DNA of 64,000 bases. Origin: an uncultured Acidobacteriaceae bacterium. Its GTDB lineage: Bacteria; Acidobacteriota; Terriglobia; Terriglobales; Acidobacteriaceae. Below, piece after piece: positions 43,378-52,874 of the stretch. The notes below the pieces were generated by a model, which was not told the origin of the DNA, ran no database searches, and saw only the letters and a list, made by a program, of their open reading frames with translations. Every line of letters begins with the position of its first letter. Position 1 is the first letter of the stretch. Location of the stretch: assembly GCA_964514735.1 (NCBI GenBank), contig CAZETZ010000006.1, positions 5,467-69,466 on the forward strand, read 5' to 3'. The position numbers and the translations under genes were made by a program.

Positions 43378-44107
43378 ACGTTGGCTGGTGTCCTACGCCG
43401 ACTTCATCACCTTGCTGTTCGCGTTTTTCGTGGTCCTGTATTCCACCGCTCAGGTGGACAAGCAGAAAGTTGGCAAGCTGGCGCTTTCCATTCAGGTAGC
43501 TTTCGATCAGTTGGGGGTATTTCCAGGCTCCGCAACGCCTTCGCCCACCCAAGGGATGTATCCACCGCCTGGGCAAACCATTCCCGCCGCCGGCGAGAGT
43601 AGTGAAGACATGACCTCCCTCCAGGGGGAATTGGAAAAATCACTCGGGGCAGAAATCGCCAGAAACGAAGTCGCCGTTCGCAAGGTCCCGGATGGCTTGG
43701 TCATCAGTTTGCGCGAGGTGGGATTTTTTGACAGCGGATCGGCCACCATGCAAGCGCATGCCGGCGATGCCTTTCGCCGGATCGCCGTACTTTTGCTGCG
43801 CTATCCACATCGGATCCGGATCGAGGGGCACACCGACGATGTGCCCATCCACAATTCTCAGTTCGCTTCAAATTGGGAACTCTCGACCGCGCGCGCGACC
43901 GCGCTGGTACAGACGCTGATTGATGAGTACCAGTTTCCACCGGAGCGACTCTCGGCGGCCGGGTACGCGCAATATCACCCTGTAGCCACAAACGACTCAA
44001 CTGAAGGCCGGGCCCAGAACCGCCGGGTGGATGTAGTGGTGTTGGGAAAACGGGTCACCGCGCCAGGCATGGGCGGACCGCTACAGCCTGCGGGCCCCCT
44101 TCAATAA
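43337..44107 (+). CDS. motB: stator protein MotB (OmpA-like C-terminal domain)
   Basis: GTG 43337. It has the plug/TM region HERWLVSYADFITLLFAFFVVLYS with the conserved Asp. The OmpA-like domain reads IRIEGHTDDVPI...NWELSTARATALV...NRRVDVVVL. Confidence 0.88.
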   Translation: MRRRNKSERPASHERWLVSYADFITLLFAFFVVLYSTAQVDKQKVGKLALSIQVAFDQLGVFPGSATPSPTQGMYPPPGQTIPAAGESSEDMTSLQGELEKSLGAEIARNEVAVRKVPDGLVISLREVGFFDSGSATMQAHAGDAFRRIAVLLLRYPHRIRIEGHTDDVPIHNSQFASNWELSTARATALVQTLIDEYQFPPERLSAAGYAQYHPVATNDSTEGRAQNRRVDVVVLGKRVTAPGMGGPLQPAGPLQ

Positions 44108-44142
44108 ACGGTCCATCACGCATCCTGCGCTAAATTTCCACC

Positions 44143-44169
44143 TCAACTCATGGCAGTAAATGCCGATAG
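44143..44169 (+). promoter_or_regulatory. weak sigma-28-like promoter TCAA-N15-GCCGATAG
   Basis: gccgatag at 44162-44169 is identical to the cheY promoter -10. The -35 is TCAA (3/4 match), with a 15-nt spacer. It lies 39 nt upstream of ATG 44208. Confidence 0.35.
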
Positions 44170-44207
44170 ATTGCGTAGGTCAGCTGTGGACTCATGGGAG
44201 AATTCTT

Positions 44208-44981
44208 ATGTGTGCTTTTCGCCGGGTGTTTGTCCTGCTTCTTTTCATGGTTGCGTTTAGCATCGCCCAGGAACGCGCTACGCCAGCGCACCCCACAACT
44301 GCGGCAACCGGCCACAACCCGTCCACGGAAAATGGAGCACTCACCGCGGAGCAAATATGGGCAGACCTCATGGAGGGAAACAAGCGCTTTGCATCCGGCA
44401 AAACAAAACTGCGCGAATTTCCCACACTGCGGCACACGCTGGCCGTTGGCCAACATCCGAAGGTTGTAGTGCTGGGCTGCTCGGACAGCCGATTGTCCCC
44501 TGAGCTGCTGTTCGACAAGAACCTGGGCGATTTATTCGTAGTCCGTTCTGCTGGGAATATTGCCGATCCCATCGAGTTAGGCAGCATTGAGTACGCGGTC
44601 GAGCACCTCGGCAGCAGCGTGCTCGTGGTGCTGGGGCATGAGAAGTGCGGGGCCGTGACCGCCGCCTGCTCGTCCGACAAGATGCCAAGCCCTAACTTGC
44701 AGGCGATTGTTGACAAGATCGAACCCGCAGTTACCCAGGCAAAGAGTTATGCCAAACCAGATGACCTGATCTCCCAGGCCGTCCTGGAAAATGTTCATCA
44801 GAGTGCCAAAGATGTACTCGCCAACAGTGAGCTGCTTCGTCACGCCCTGAAAGAGGGCAAGCTCACCATCATCGAGGCGGTTTACAAACTGGACTCCGGA
44901 GAAGTGGTCCGGCTGGGGAAACTCTCAGTCATGGCGCCCGTCTACAAGCTGGATGTGGGGGACGTGGTGCGCGTTCAATGA
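44208..44981 (+). CDS. secreted/periplasmic beta-class carbonic anhydrase
   Basis: ATG 44208 has GGAG upstream. The signal peptide reads MCAFRRVFVLLLFMVAFSIAQE. The zinc ligand motifs are GCSDSRLSPELLF and VLGHEKCGAV. Confidence 0.88.
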   Translation: MCAFRRVFVLLLFMVAFSIAQERATPAHPTTAATGHNPSTENGALTAEQIWADLMEGNKRFASGKTKLREFPTLRHTLAVGQHPKVVVLGCSDSRLSPELLFDKNLGDLFVVRSAGNIADPIELGSIEYAVEHLGSSVLVVLGHEKCGAVTAACSSDKMPSPNLQAIVDKIEPAVTQAKSYAKPDDLISQAVLENVHQSAKDVLANSELLRHALKEGKLTIIEAVYKLDSGEVVRLGKLSVMAPVYKLDVGDVVRVQ

Positions 44982-45053
44982 TCGGGCTTGCATTGGCCAT
45001 CCACTCTTGTATGAAGCCTGCTGAGCAACTCCGCTCCTCCCGGCATTTTTGAT

Positions 45054-45081
45054 TAAAGTCCCGCCCTGGCCGCGCCGATAA
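45054..45081 (+). promoter_or_regulatory. sigma-28 promoter TAAA-N16-GCCGATAA upstream of the first mcp
   Basis: taaa at 45054-45057 and a perfect gccgataa at 45074-45081. The spacer is 16 nt, one longer than consensus. Confidence 0.6.
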
Positions 45082-45140
45082 AGTGTCTTGGGTAACCATC
45101 CGGCCCGCCAATGCGCTTTGTCACGGATAAGGAGCGAAGC

Positions 45141-46865
45141 ATGAACCAGCTGAGTTTAAGAATGAAACTGGGCATTGGTTTCGGTACGCTGCTGTTGATT
45201 CTTACCGCCATGGGCATCGAGGCTTACCGCACCACCGACAAGCTCGGCACTCTTTCCGACGACGTCGAGGACAGGTCCCATAAAGTGGTCCTGGCCCAAA
45301 CCATCAGTCTGGCGGTGATGAAAGAAAGTTCCGGCACGCGCGGGTTTCTCCTTATTCACAGAGAGGACACCCTGGAGCGGTACGAGCAGGGTAAACGCGA
45401 GTACAAGGAAAGCATGGACGCTCTTTCCGGAATTGTGCGCTCGGAAGAAGGCAAGAGACTATTGGCTGAGGTACAGCGCTCTTACGATGCATTCCTCGCC
45501 ATTGTCGAGAACGAGATCGCGCTTTATCGCGCCGGCAAGATCAAACAAGCCATGGCCATCATATCGGGGCCGGCGTTAACCGCAAACAAAGAATTAGCCA
45601 AGGCGATTGACGACTATATCGCCCACGAAGAAAAGGCCAAAAAAGAGATCGTCGACGAACAAAATGCGACCGAGTCCGAAGCCCGGACCATTGCTTTGAG
45701 TTTGGCAGGGGTAGGCATTTTAGTGGGGCTGGGAGTCGCCGTCCTGACGGCCCGCTCCGTTACTGGGGCCATTTCGCGCATGGTCGCCGTGATCCAGGAA
45801 ATTGGCGCCAACAACCTGACCGTGGATGACCTGGAGATCAATTCTCAAGATGAAATCGGACAAGCCGGTCTCTCCCTGAACAGTATGAAAAACAGTTTGC
45901 GCGAGATCATGCAGAATATCGCGGGCACGGCCGAGCACGTGGCCAGCGCCAGCGAGGAGCTGTCGTCCTCGGCCACGCTACAGGCGCAGGGAGCGGAGAC
46001 GCAAACCAACCAGGCTGCCCAGGTGGCCACCGCCATGCAAGAGATGTCTTCCACCGTGTTGCAGGTGTCGGAAAACTCCAATAAGGCCGCGGAAGCTTCC
46101 CGCCAGGCGGCAGACACGGCGCGGCGTGGCGGCGCAATCGTGGAAGAGACTCTGAGCAAGATGCGCACCATCGCCGAGTCGGTCAGCGCCACGGCCAAGA
46201 AGATGGAGGAGTTGGGCAAGAGTTCTGACCAGATCGGGCGCATTGCCGGGGTGATTGACGACATCGCCGACCAGACCAACCTGCTTGCGCTCAACGCCGC
46301 CATCGAAGCCGCTCGCGCCGGGGAACAAGGCCGGGGGTTCGCGGTGGTCGCGGATGAAGTCCGCAAACTGGCGGAACGCACGACCACCGCTACCAAGGAA
46401 ATCGCGCAGATGATCCAGACCATTCAGGGAGAAACCAAAGCAGCCGTGATCGCGATGGAAGAAGGTACCAAGCAGGTGGAAGACGGGGTCAAGACCACCG
46501 GGCAGGCGGGAGATGCGCTGAAAGAAATTATTCACATGTCCGAGCAGGTAGGCGAGATGATCACCCACATTGCCACCGCCGCCACCGAGCAGTCCAGCGC
46601 TTCCGAAGAAGTGAACAACAATATGGACCAGATTGCCAAGCTGGTGAAGGAATCGGCGGATGGAGCGCAGCAATCCGCCAAGGCTTGTCAGGACCTTTCG
46701 GGTCTCGCGCTGGACATGCAGAAGATGGTTTCCAATTTCAAGCTGGGAGAAGGGCGCAACGGGGGACGCCGCGCTGGCAAGTCCGTCAGTGCGAGAAAGG
46801 TTGCGGCCATGGGGTCTTCCCTGCGAGAGGATGCAACCCATGCTTTTGCCGCCAGCGCACCCTAG
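45141..46865 (+). CDS. methyl-accepting chemotaxis protein (helical-bundle sensor, HAMP, signalling domain)
   Basis: ATG 45141 has AAGGAG upstream. It has two TM segments and a HAMP domain. The hairpin tip reads [43 protein letters not shown]. Confidence 0.92.
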   Translation: MNQLSLRMKLGIGFGTLLLILTAMGIEAYRTTDKLGTLSDDVEDRSHKVVLAQTISLAVMKESSGTRGFLLIHREDTLERYEQGKREYKESMDALSGIVRSEEGKRLLAEVQRSYDAFLAIVENEIALYRAGKIKQAMAIISGPALTANKELAKAIDDYIAHEEKAKKEIVDEQNATESEARTIALSLAGVGILVGLGVAVLTARSVTGAISRMVAVIQEIGANNLTVDDLEINSQDEIGQAGLSLNSMKNSLREIMQNIAGTAEHVASASEELSSSATLQAQGAETQTNQAAQVATAMQEMSSTVLQVSENSNKAAEASRQAADTARRGGAIVEETLSKMRTIAESVSATAKKMEELGKSSDQIGRIAGVIDDIADQTNLLALNAAIEAARAGEQGRGFAVVADEVRKLAERTTTATKEIAQMIQTIQGETKAAVIAMEEGTKQVEDGVKTTGQAGDALKEIIHMSEQVGEMITHIATAATEQSSASEEVNNNMDQIAKLVKESADGAQQSAKACQDLSGLALDMQKMVSNFKLGEGRNGGRRAGKSVSARKVAAMGSSLREDATHAFAASAP

Positions 46866-46940
46866 ATTTTAGACGCTGATGGGCCGTTCAGCACAGGATT
46901 GAATGGGCCAAAACCTGGACATTGATCGGGAAGGGATTGC

Positions 46941-48674
46941 ATGAAGAATCTCGCCTTCAGAATGAAGCTCTTAATGCTGATCGGCACGGCTGTGGCCGGG
47001 CTGCTGATTTTTGGCGTGGTTTCCTATATGACGCTCAGCGAAGTCAAGGTCGGCGGGCCGATTTCGAACCAGCTCCGCGAGCACGTCGCGCTGGGAGGGG
47101 ACCTCTCGCCCGCCACTTTGGACATCAGCCTGGGGCGGTTGGTGGTTTACCGCATGTTAGACGAGACTGATCCGCAAAAACTTCAAGCCGAGGCCGACGA
47201 GTTCCACGAATTCAAAAAAGGTTACCTCGAAGCCCACGATAGGTGGACCAAGGAACTTCCGGACGGGAAATTAAGGCAACTGATTGCCGTCAATGTACAC
47301 GAGCCGGCGGTGCGATATCTGGATCGGGCCGAGACCGACTTTATTCCAGCAGTGCTTCGCGGCGACAAAGCGAAAGCCGAAGAGATCCGCGGTGCCATGA
47401 AAGCCGACTTCGAGGCGAACCAGGCGGCGGTGAGGGAAGCGGACAAATTGCGCGCCGACTTAGTAACGGAGATTAGCGGCCGCGCCGACCAGTCTGTGCG
47501 CAGCAGCTTCGTAATGCTGCTGGGGATCGGCATCGCCGTGGCTGTGGTTGTTTCTGTCCTGGGGCTGATGATGGCGAAAGGCATTCTTGGGCCGCTGCGC
47601 CAGACCATGCTTGTGCTTCAGGCGCTGGCGGCCAACGACCTTACGCAAAGCGTGAACGTGGATTCGACCGATGAGATCGGCGCCATGGGGAGCGCGCTGA
47701 ACCAGGCCATCGAAAATATTGCCAACACCGTCCAGGCGATGGCGGGAACAGCGGAACACGTGGCCAGCGCCAGCGAGGAGCTTTCCTCTTCCGCCGCTCA
47801 GCAGGCACAAGGGGCGGAAACCCAGAACAACCAGGCTGCGCAGGTCGCAACCGCGATGCAGGAAATGTCCTCGACCGTCCTGCAAGTCTCGGAAAACTCC
47901 AATCAGGCGGCCGAGGCCTCCAGCCAGGCGGCGGAAATCGCGCGAAAAGGCGGCTCGATCGTGGAGCAAACCTTGGCCAAAATCCGCGTGATCGCGGATT
48001 CGGTCGAGAGCACCGCCAGGAAAATGGAGGAGTTGGGCAAGAGTTCCGACCAGATCGGCCGCATTGCTGGAGTGATCGACGATATTGCCGATCAAACGAA
48101 CTTGTTGGCCCTGAACGCCGCCATCGAAGCCGCGCGGGCCGGAGAACAAGGGCGCGGGTTCGCGGTGGTGGCGGACGAAGTGCGCAAGCTGGCGGAGCGC
48201 ACCACCACCGCGACCAAAGAAATTGCCCAGATGATCAAGACCATCCAAAGCGAAACCAAGGTTGCGGTCGCCGCCATGAAAGAAGGAACGGCGCAAGTCG
48301 AAGAAGGAGTGACCACGACCAGTCAAGCCGGCGACGCATTGAAGGAGATCATCCGCATGTCCGAGCAAGTTGGGGAAATGATCACCCACATTGCGACCGC
48401 CGCCACCGAACAGTCCAGCGCCTCGGAAGAAGTAAACAAGAACATGGAACAAATCGCCCGTCTGGTGAAAGAGTCCTCCGACGGAGCCCAGCAATCTGCG
48501 AAAGCCTGTCAGGATTTGTCCGGGCTGGCGTTCGATTTGCAAAAAATGGTGGGGAACTTCCAGCTCAGGGAAAATTACGGTCAGAACCGGAAAAAACGCA
48601 AGCCGGCCAGCCCAACCAAGACATTGCCTTTCCAGGAAGGGTCCGGGAAAGCTCATGCCGCATCAGCACCCTAA
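46941..48674 (+). CDS. methyl-accepting chemotaxis protein (different sensor domain, near-identical signalling domain)
   Basis: It has the same hairpin tip motif. The periplasmic domain is unrelated in sequence to the first mcp. Confidence 0.92.
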   Translation: MKNLAFRMKLLMLIGTAVAGLLIFGVVSYMTLSEVKVGGPISNQLREHVALGGDLSPATLDISLGRLVVYRMLDETDPQKLQAEADEFHEFKKGYLEAHDRWTKELPDGKLRQLIAVNVHEPAVRYLDRAETDFIPAVLRGDKAKAEEIRGAMKADFEANQAAVREADKLRADLVTEISGRADQSVRSSFVMLLGIGIAVAVVVSVLGLMMAKGILGPLRQTMLVLQALAANDLTQSVNVDSTDEIGAMGSALNQAIENIANTVQAMAGTAEHVASASEELSSSAAQQAQGAETQNNQAAQVATAMQEMSSTVLQVSENSNQAAEASSQAAEIARKGGSIVEQTLAKIRVIADSVESTARKMEELGKSSDQIGRIAGVIDDIADQTNLLALNAAIEAARAGEQGRGFAVVADEVRKLAERTTTATKEIAQMIKTIQSETKVAVAAMKEGTAQVEEGVTTTSQAGDALKEIIRMSEQVGEMITHIATAATEQSSASEEVNKNMEQIARLVKESSDGAQQSAKACQDLSGLAFDLQKMVGNFQLRENYGQNRKKRKPASPTKTLPFQEGSGKAHAASAP

Positions 48675-48698
48675 AGCCCAGTTCGAGGAGAAAACATT

Positions 48699-49208
48699 AT
48701 GGAAACCGGTGTTAAGACAAGTGAATCGATCGGCAACACAGTGAACCTGCACAGTTCCAGCCAGGGGCGAGGTGAACTTTTGCAACTCGTTAGTTTTCAT
48801 ATTGGGGGCGAAGAATTCGGCCTGGACATTCTTCGCGTGCAGGAAATCATTCGTATCCAGGAGTTGACCCGGGTCCCCAATTCTCCAAACTTTGTAGACG
48901 GCGTCATCAACCTTCGCGGCAAGGTGATTCCCGTGATCGCGTTGCGAAAACGCTTTGGGCTGGAAGAGATTCCTCACGACAAACAGACGCGGATTGTGGT
49001 GGTCGAGGTACGCGGGACCGTGCTCGGCTTCATCGTGGACTCGGTTTCCGAAGTCCTGCGCATTCCCGCGGACACGGTTGAACCTCCCCCGCGCCTAGGG
49101 AAAGTGGAGCGGGAGTACGTCTCCGGCGTCGGCAAGCTGGACAACCGCCTGCTGATTCTCCTGGATGTAGACCGGCTGATGTCCGATGCCGATGAAGTTG
49201 CCGCATAG
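48699..49208 (+). CDS. cheW: chemotaxis coupling protein CheW
   Basis: The CheW domain reads LVSFHIGGEEFGLDILRVQEIIR...VINLRGKVIPVIALRKRFGL...IVVVEV. Confidence 0.92.
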   Translation: METGVKTSESIGNTVNLHSSSQGRGELLQLVSFHIGGEEFGLDILRVQEIIRIQELTRVPNSPNFVDGVINLRGKVIPVIALRKRFGLEEIPHDKQTRIVVVEVRGTVLGFIVDSVSEVLRIPADTVEPPPRLGKVEREYVSGVGKLDNRLLILLDVDRLMSDADEVAA

Positions 49209-49246
49209 ACAAGCCTGTGTGAATCCGCGCTTGACACCGGAGCATC

Positions 49247-51079
49247 GTGGACAACGAGTTCTCACAAGACGACAGTTTGGTGCAGGATTTCCTCATTGAA
49301 TCCGAGGAACTGCTCCAGGGGATGGACCAGGACATGGTCACGCTGGAGTCCACGCCCAACGACGCCGATTTGCTCAACCGAATCTTCCGTGCCCTGCACA
49401 CCATTAAGGGGACATCTGGCTTTTTGGGATATGAACCGGTCGTCCGTTTGGGCCATCGCGCGGAAGATGTGCTGAACAAATTGCGGCGCGGGGAAATCAG
49501 CCTTTCCCGCCGCATGATGGACGCATTGTTACAGACCCGCGACCAGTTGGGCATCATGTTGAACGACATCCGGCAGGGTGGACTGAAGCAATATGCCATT
49601 GATGGTCTGGTCCACGAATTAGAGTCGGTTCAAAAGGCGGAGGCCCCAGACGCCGCAACCACAGTGCCGGAAACTGTATCTACGTCTGCATCTATCCAAG
49701 ATACGGCTGTTTTAGAACCAGAAGTGATTCCCGCCGCCAACATCACTCCCAGTCAAGAAGGGAAGTCCGCTGAGGTGGCGCCGGTTGAAGCCTCTTTCGC
49801 TGTAGCGCCAGAGAAGGCGCAGGCCGCGGCAGCGTCCACAGGGACTAAAACGTCCGCGCCCGCCGCGGAGTCGGCCACCATGCGCGTGGATGTGCGCAAG
49901 CTGGACGAACTGATCAACCTGGTGGGCGAGCTGGTGCTGGAGCGCAATCGCCTGGTGCAGTTAAGCCGCGATGTTTCTAACGGGAAAATTTCGGGGGAGA
50001 GCCTGGATTCTGCTTTCAGCTTGTCCACCGCGCGGCTGAGCTTTCTCACCGAAGAATTGCAGGGCGCCGGGTTGCGCACGCGCATGGTGCCGATTGACGC
50101 CGTGTTCAAGAAATTTCCCCGCCTGGTGCGCGACGTGGCCCGCGCGGTGCAAAAAGACGTTGAGTTGATTGTCAAGGGCGAGGACACGGAAATTGACAAG
50201 ACGATGGTGGAGCTGATCGGCGATCCCTTGATTCACATCGTTCGCAACTCTCTCGACCACGGCCTGGAAAAACCGGACGTCCGCGAAGCCGCCGGCAAAC
50301 CGCGAAGCGGGACCATTCGCCTGGAAGCGGAACAGGAAGGCGACCAGATTGTCATCAGCGTGATCGACGATGGCGCCGGCATCGACCCCGACCGGGTGGC
50401 GCGCAAGGCGGTCGAGAAAGGCCTGACCACCGCGGAACGAGTGCGATCTCTGAGTAAGAAAGAAATTCTTGAATTTATCTTTTTGCCCGGCTTCAGCACG
50501 GTCGAAAAAGTCAGCGACCTCTCCGGGCGGGGCGTTGGCATGGATGTGGTGCGGACCAATTTGCGAAAAATGAACGGCACCGTGGACCTTGAAAGCCACG
50601 TAGGTTTCGGTACAACCATTCGCCTGCGCTTACCGTTGACCCTGGCAATCCTCCCCGTGCTGTTGGTTGAGGTGGCGCACGAGATCTATGGTCTCCCGCT
50701 GCGTTCGGTGGTGGAGACCGCGCGCATCGAGTCCCGCGAAGTGCATCTGGTCGAAGGCCACGAGGTCTTACGGCTGCGCGGCGCGACCTTGCCTTTGGTA
50801 CGGCTGGGAAAGATGTTCGCCTCCAATTCAGCGAACGGCGACTGCCCCAACGACAAGGTGGTCGTGCTAGGCATCGGTCAGCAACGTGTCGCCATCCTGG
50901 TCGACCACCTGGTTGGCCAGGAATCGACGGTGATCAAGCCGCTGGGTTCTTATTTACACAATTGTTCCAGTTTGGCGGGGGCCACCATCAGTGGAGATGG
51001 ACGCGTCCGCCTGGTCTTAGACCCCGCAGGGTTGCTCTTGACAGCCCAGGGAATTTCACAACAGGGAATGGCCTCATGA
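49247..51079 (+). CDS. cheA: chemotaxis histidine kinase CheA (P1, linker, P3-P4-P5)
   Basis: The Hpt domain reads RIFRALHTIKGTSGFLG. The HATPase motifs are IVRNSLDHGLE, DDGAGID and GRGVGMDVV. The C-terminus is a CheW-like domain. Confidence 0.93.
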   Translation: MDNEFSQDDSLVQDFLIESEELLQGMDQDMVTLESTPNDADLLNRIFRALHTIKGTSGFLGYEPVVRLGHRAEDVLNKLRRGEISLSRRMMDALLQTRDQLGIMLNDIRQGGLKQYAIDGLVHELESVQKAEAPDAATTVPETVSTSASIQDTAVLEPEVIPAANITPSQEGKSAEVAPVEASFAVAPEKAQAAAASTGTKTSAPAAESATMRVDVRKLDELINLVGELVLERNRLVQLSRDVSNGKISGESLDSAFSLSTARLSFLTEELQGAGLRTRMVPIDAVFKKFPRLVRDVARAVQKDVELIVKGEDTEIDKTMVELIGDPLIHIVRNSLDHGLEKPDVREAAGKPRSGTIRLEAEQEGDQIVISVIDDGAGIDPDRVARKAVEKGLTTAERVRSLSKKEILEFIFLPGFSTVEKVSDLSGRGVGMDVVRTNLRKMNGTVDLESHVGFGTTIRLRLPLTLAILPVLLVEVAHEIYGLPLRSVVETARIESREVHLVEGHEVLRLRGATLPLVRLGKMFASNSANGDCPNDKVVVLGIGQQRVAILVDHLVGQESTVIKPLGSYLHNCSSLAGATISGDGRVRLVLDPAGLLLTAQGISQQGMAS

Positions 51080-51972
51080 GTACAGCCGCAACTCCAGCCC
51101 GTTTGCCTGAAAAGCCGAGTGGTCCGCCGAATCCGCACTTGGTCAAGATACGTGATGTGGTCTATCAGGTCGCCGGAATTTTTCAGCCCGACAATAAACT
51201 GCGCTCGTTTGAAGACCGGGTCGCCAAGCGCATGCAGGTGCTCGCTGTTACCAGCTTCAAGGACTATTATGACTGCCTCACGGTGAAACCCATCCGGCAG
51301 GCGGAACTGATCGCGTTGCTGAACGAGATCACGATTGGAGAAACTTGTTTCTTCCGCAACCAGCCGCAGCTCGACGCCTTACACAACATCGTCCTGCCAA
51401 AGATCGTTGAAGCCCGCGCCAAGATACCCGTCAAAAATATGCGGATTTGGAGCGCGGGCTGTTCCACCGGCGAGGAGCCATACACCCTCAGCATGATCAT
51501 GCTGGAAGAGATTGCCGACCGCATGAAGGGGTGGACCTACGAAATTCATGCCACCGATTTGAATGAACGCTCTTTGGCGCATTGCAAGCACGGTGTTTAC
51601 GGCACTTACAGCACGCGGAACCTTACTCCTTACTTCAAGCAGAAATATTTTCAGGAGAAGGGCGAGGGGCTGCAAGTGACGCCGGAAGTAAAAGCCAAGG
51701 TCAATTTCAGCCGGGTCAATCTCTCCGACAATGCGCGGATGGCTTTTATGAAGGGCATGGACATTATCTTCTGCTGCAATGTCCTGATTTATTTCGATGT
51801 GACCTCCAAGCGCAGAGTGATCCAACATTTCTATAACAATCTGATGCCGCACGGACATTTTTTCCTCGGGCACTCCGAGTCGCTCTACGGAATCAGCGAC
51901 GACTTCCGCCTGGTGCACATGCCCTCCACCACCGCCTATGTGAAGACGGAGGTCCGGCAAGTTCAAAAGTAG
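51076..51972 (+). CDS. cheR: chemotaxis methyltransferase CheR
   Basis: ATGA overlap with cheA. Motifs are TCFFRNQPQLDAL, the SAM-binding IWSAGCSTGEEPYTLSM, and DIIFCCNVLIYFD. Confidence 0.92.
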   Translation: MSTAATPARLPEKPSGPPNPHLVKIRDVVYQVAGIFQPDNKLRSFEDRVAKRMQVLAVTSFKDYYDCLTVKPIRQAELIALLNEITIGETCFFRNQPQLDALHNIVLPKIVEARAKIPVKNMRIWSAGCSTGEEPYTLSMIMLEEIADRMKGWTYEIHATDLNERSLAHCKHGVYGTYSTRNLTPYFKQKYFQEKGEGLQVTPEVKAKVNFSRVNLSDNARMAFMKGMDIIFCCNVLIYFDVTSKRRVIQHFYNNLMPHGHFFLGHSESLYGISDDFRLVHMPSTTAYVKTEVRQVQK

Positions 51973-51980
51973 GAAACTCT

Positions 51981-52874
51981 ATGAGCCAAGAAACGCGCGG
52001 AAAACTGCTGACAAAACTCGAGAACATGGACAAGATGCCCACCTTGCCGGTGACATTGATGCCCCTGTTGCGCTATCTGGAGCAACCTGTGGAGAACGTG
52101 GACGTTCGCCAGGTCGTGGATTTGATTTCACAGGACAAGTCGTTGACTGCGCAATGCCTGCAAATGGCGAATTCCCCTCTGTTTGGCCGCTGGCAGAGCG
52201 TGGACAACATCAAGAGCGCGGTGGTATCGCTCGGACTTCAGCGCATGCGCGACATCGCGGTCTCCTGTTCGATGCTCACCTTGGTCCCCTCCGCGAGCAA
52301 GGTTGATCCGGTGGTTTTTTGGGAGCATTCGCTGGGCTGCGCGCTGGTCTGCCGCCAGTTCGCCCGCAAGATTAAATTTGCCGACCCGGAGAAGGCCTAT
52401 CTGGGCGGACTGCTTCACGATATCGGGATCGTCGCCCATCTCTGGGTGGTGCCGGAAGAATTTCAGCAAGTTTTGCAGACTGCCCAAGCCCAGCACGCCC
52501 CTTTACATTTGGTGGAATGCGACCAGTTGGGGGTGACCCATTGCCAGACAGGAAAGATGGTGGCGGAGAAATGGCATCTGCCCCCTGACCTGACCGCGGT
52601 CGTAGCCTGCCATCACGATTTAGAGAATACTCCGGCGCACCGCGACCTGGTGGCAGTAGTGGCGCTCAGCGATCTGCTGTGCCGCATGAGCGGCCTGGGA
52701 TATGGATATACCGAAGACCGGCAGGTGAATTTTCAGGAAGAAGCCGGCTTCAGCATGTTGCTGAAAGAATGTCCTGAACTGCAAACCCTTGACTGGGCGC
52801 GCTTCACCTTCGAACTCGAATCCTACATGGAAGACGTACATCAATTAGTGCGGCAACTCTATCGCCCGTCATGA
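51981..52874 (+). CDS. HDOD-domain protein
   Basis: Motifs are MPTLPVTLMPLLRYL, LISQDKSLTAQCLQMANSPLFGR, IKSAVVSLGLQRMRDIA, GGLLHDIGI and HH..E. The stop overlaps the cheB start. Confidence 0.85.
   Translation: MSQETRGKLLTKLENMDKMPTLPVTLMPLLRYLEQPVENVDVRQVVDLISQDKSLTAQCLQMANSPLFGRWQSVDNIKSAVVSLGLQRMRDIAVSCSMLTLVPSASKVDPVVFWEHSLGCALVCRQFARKIKFADPEKAYLGGLLHDIGIVAHLWVVPEEFQQVLQTAQAQHAPLHLVECDQLGVTHCQTGKMVAEKWHLPPDLTAVVACHHDLENTPAHRDLVAVVALSDLLCRMSGLGYGYTEDRQVNFQEEAGFSMLLKECPELQTLDWARFTFELESYMEDVHQLVRQLYRPS

Noticed and set aside
45900-48540. High nucleotide similarity between the two mcp signalling domains, considered as a possible repeat or mobile element.
   Set aside because: This is simple paralogy of the conserved MCP cytoplasmic domain. 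There are no terminal repeats and no transposase.
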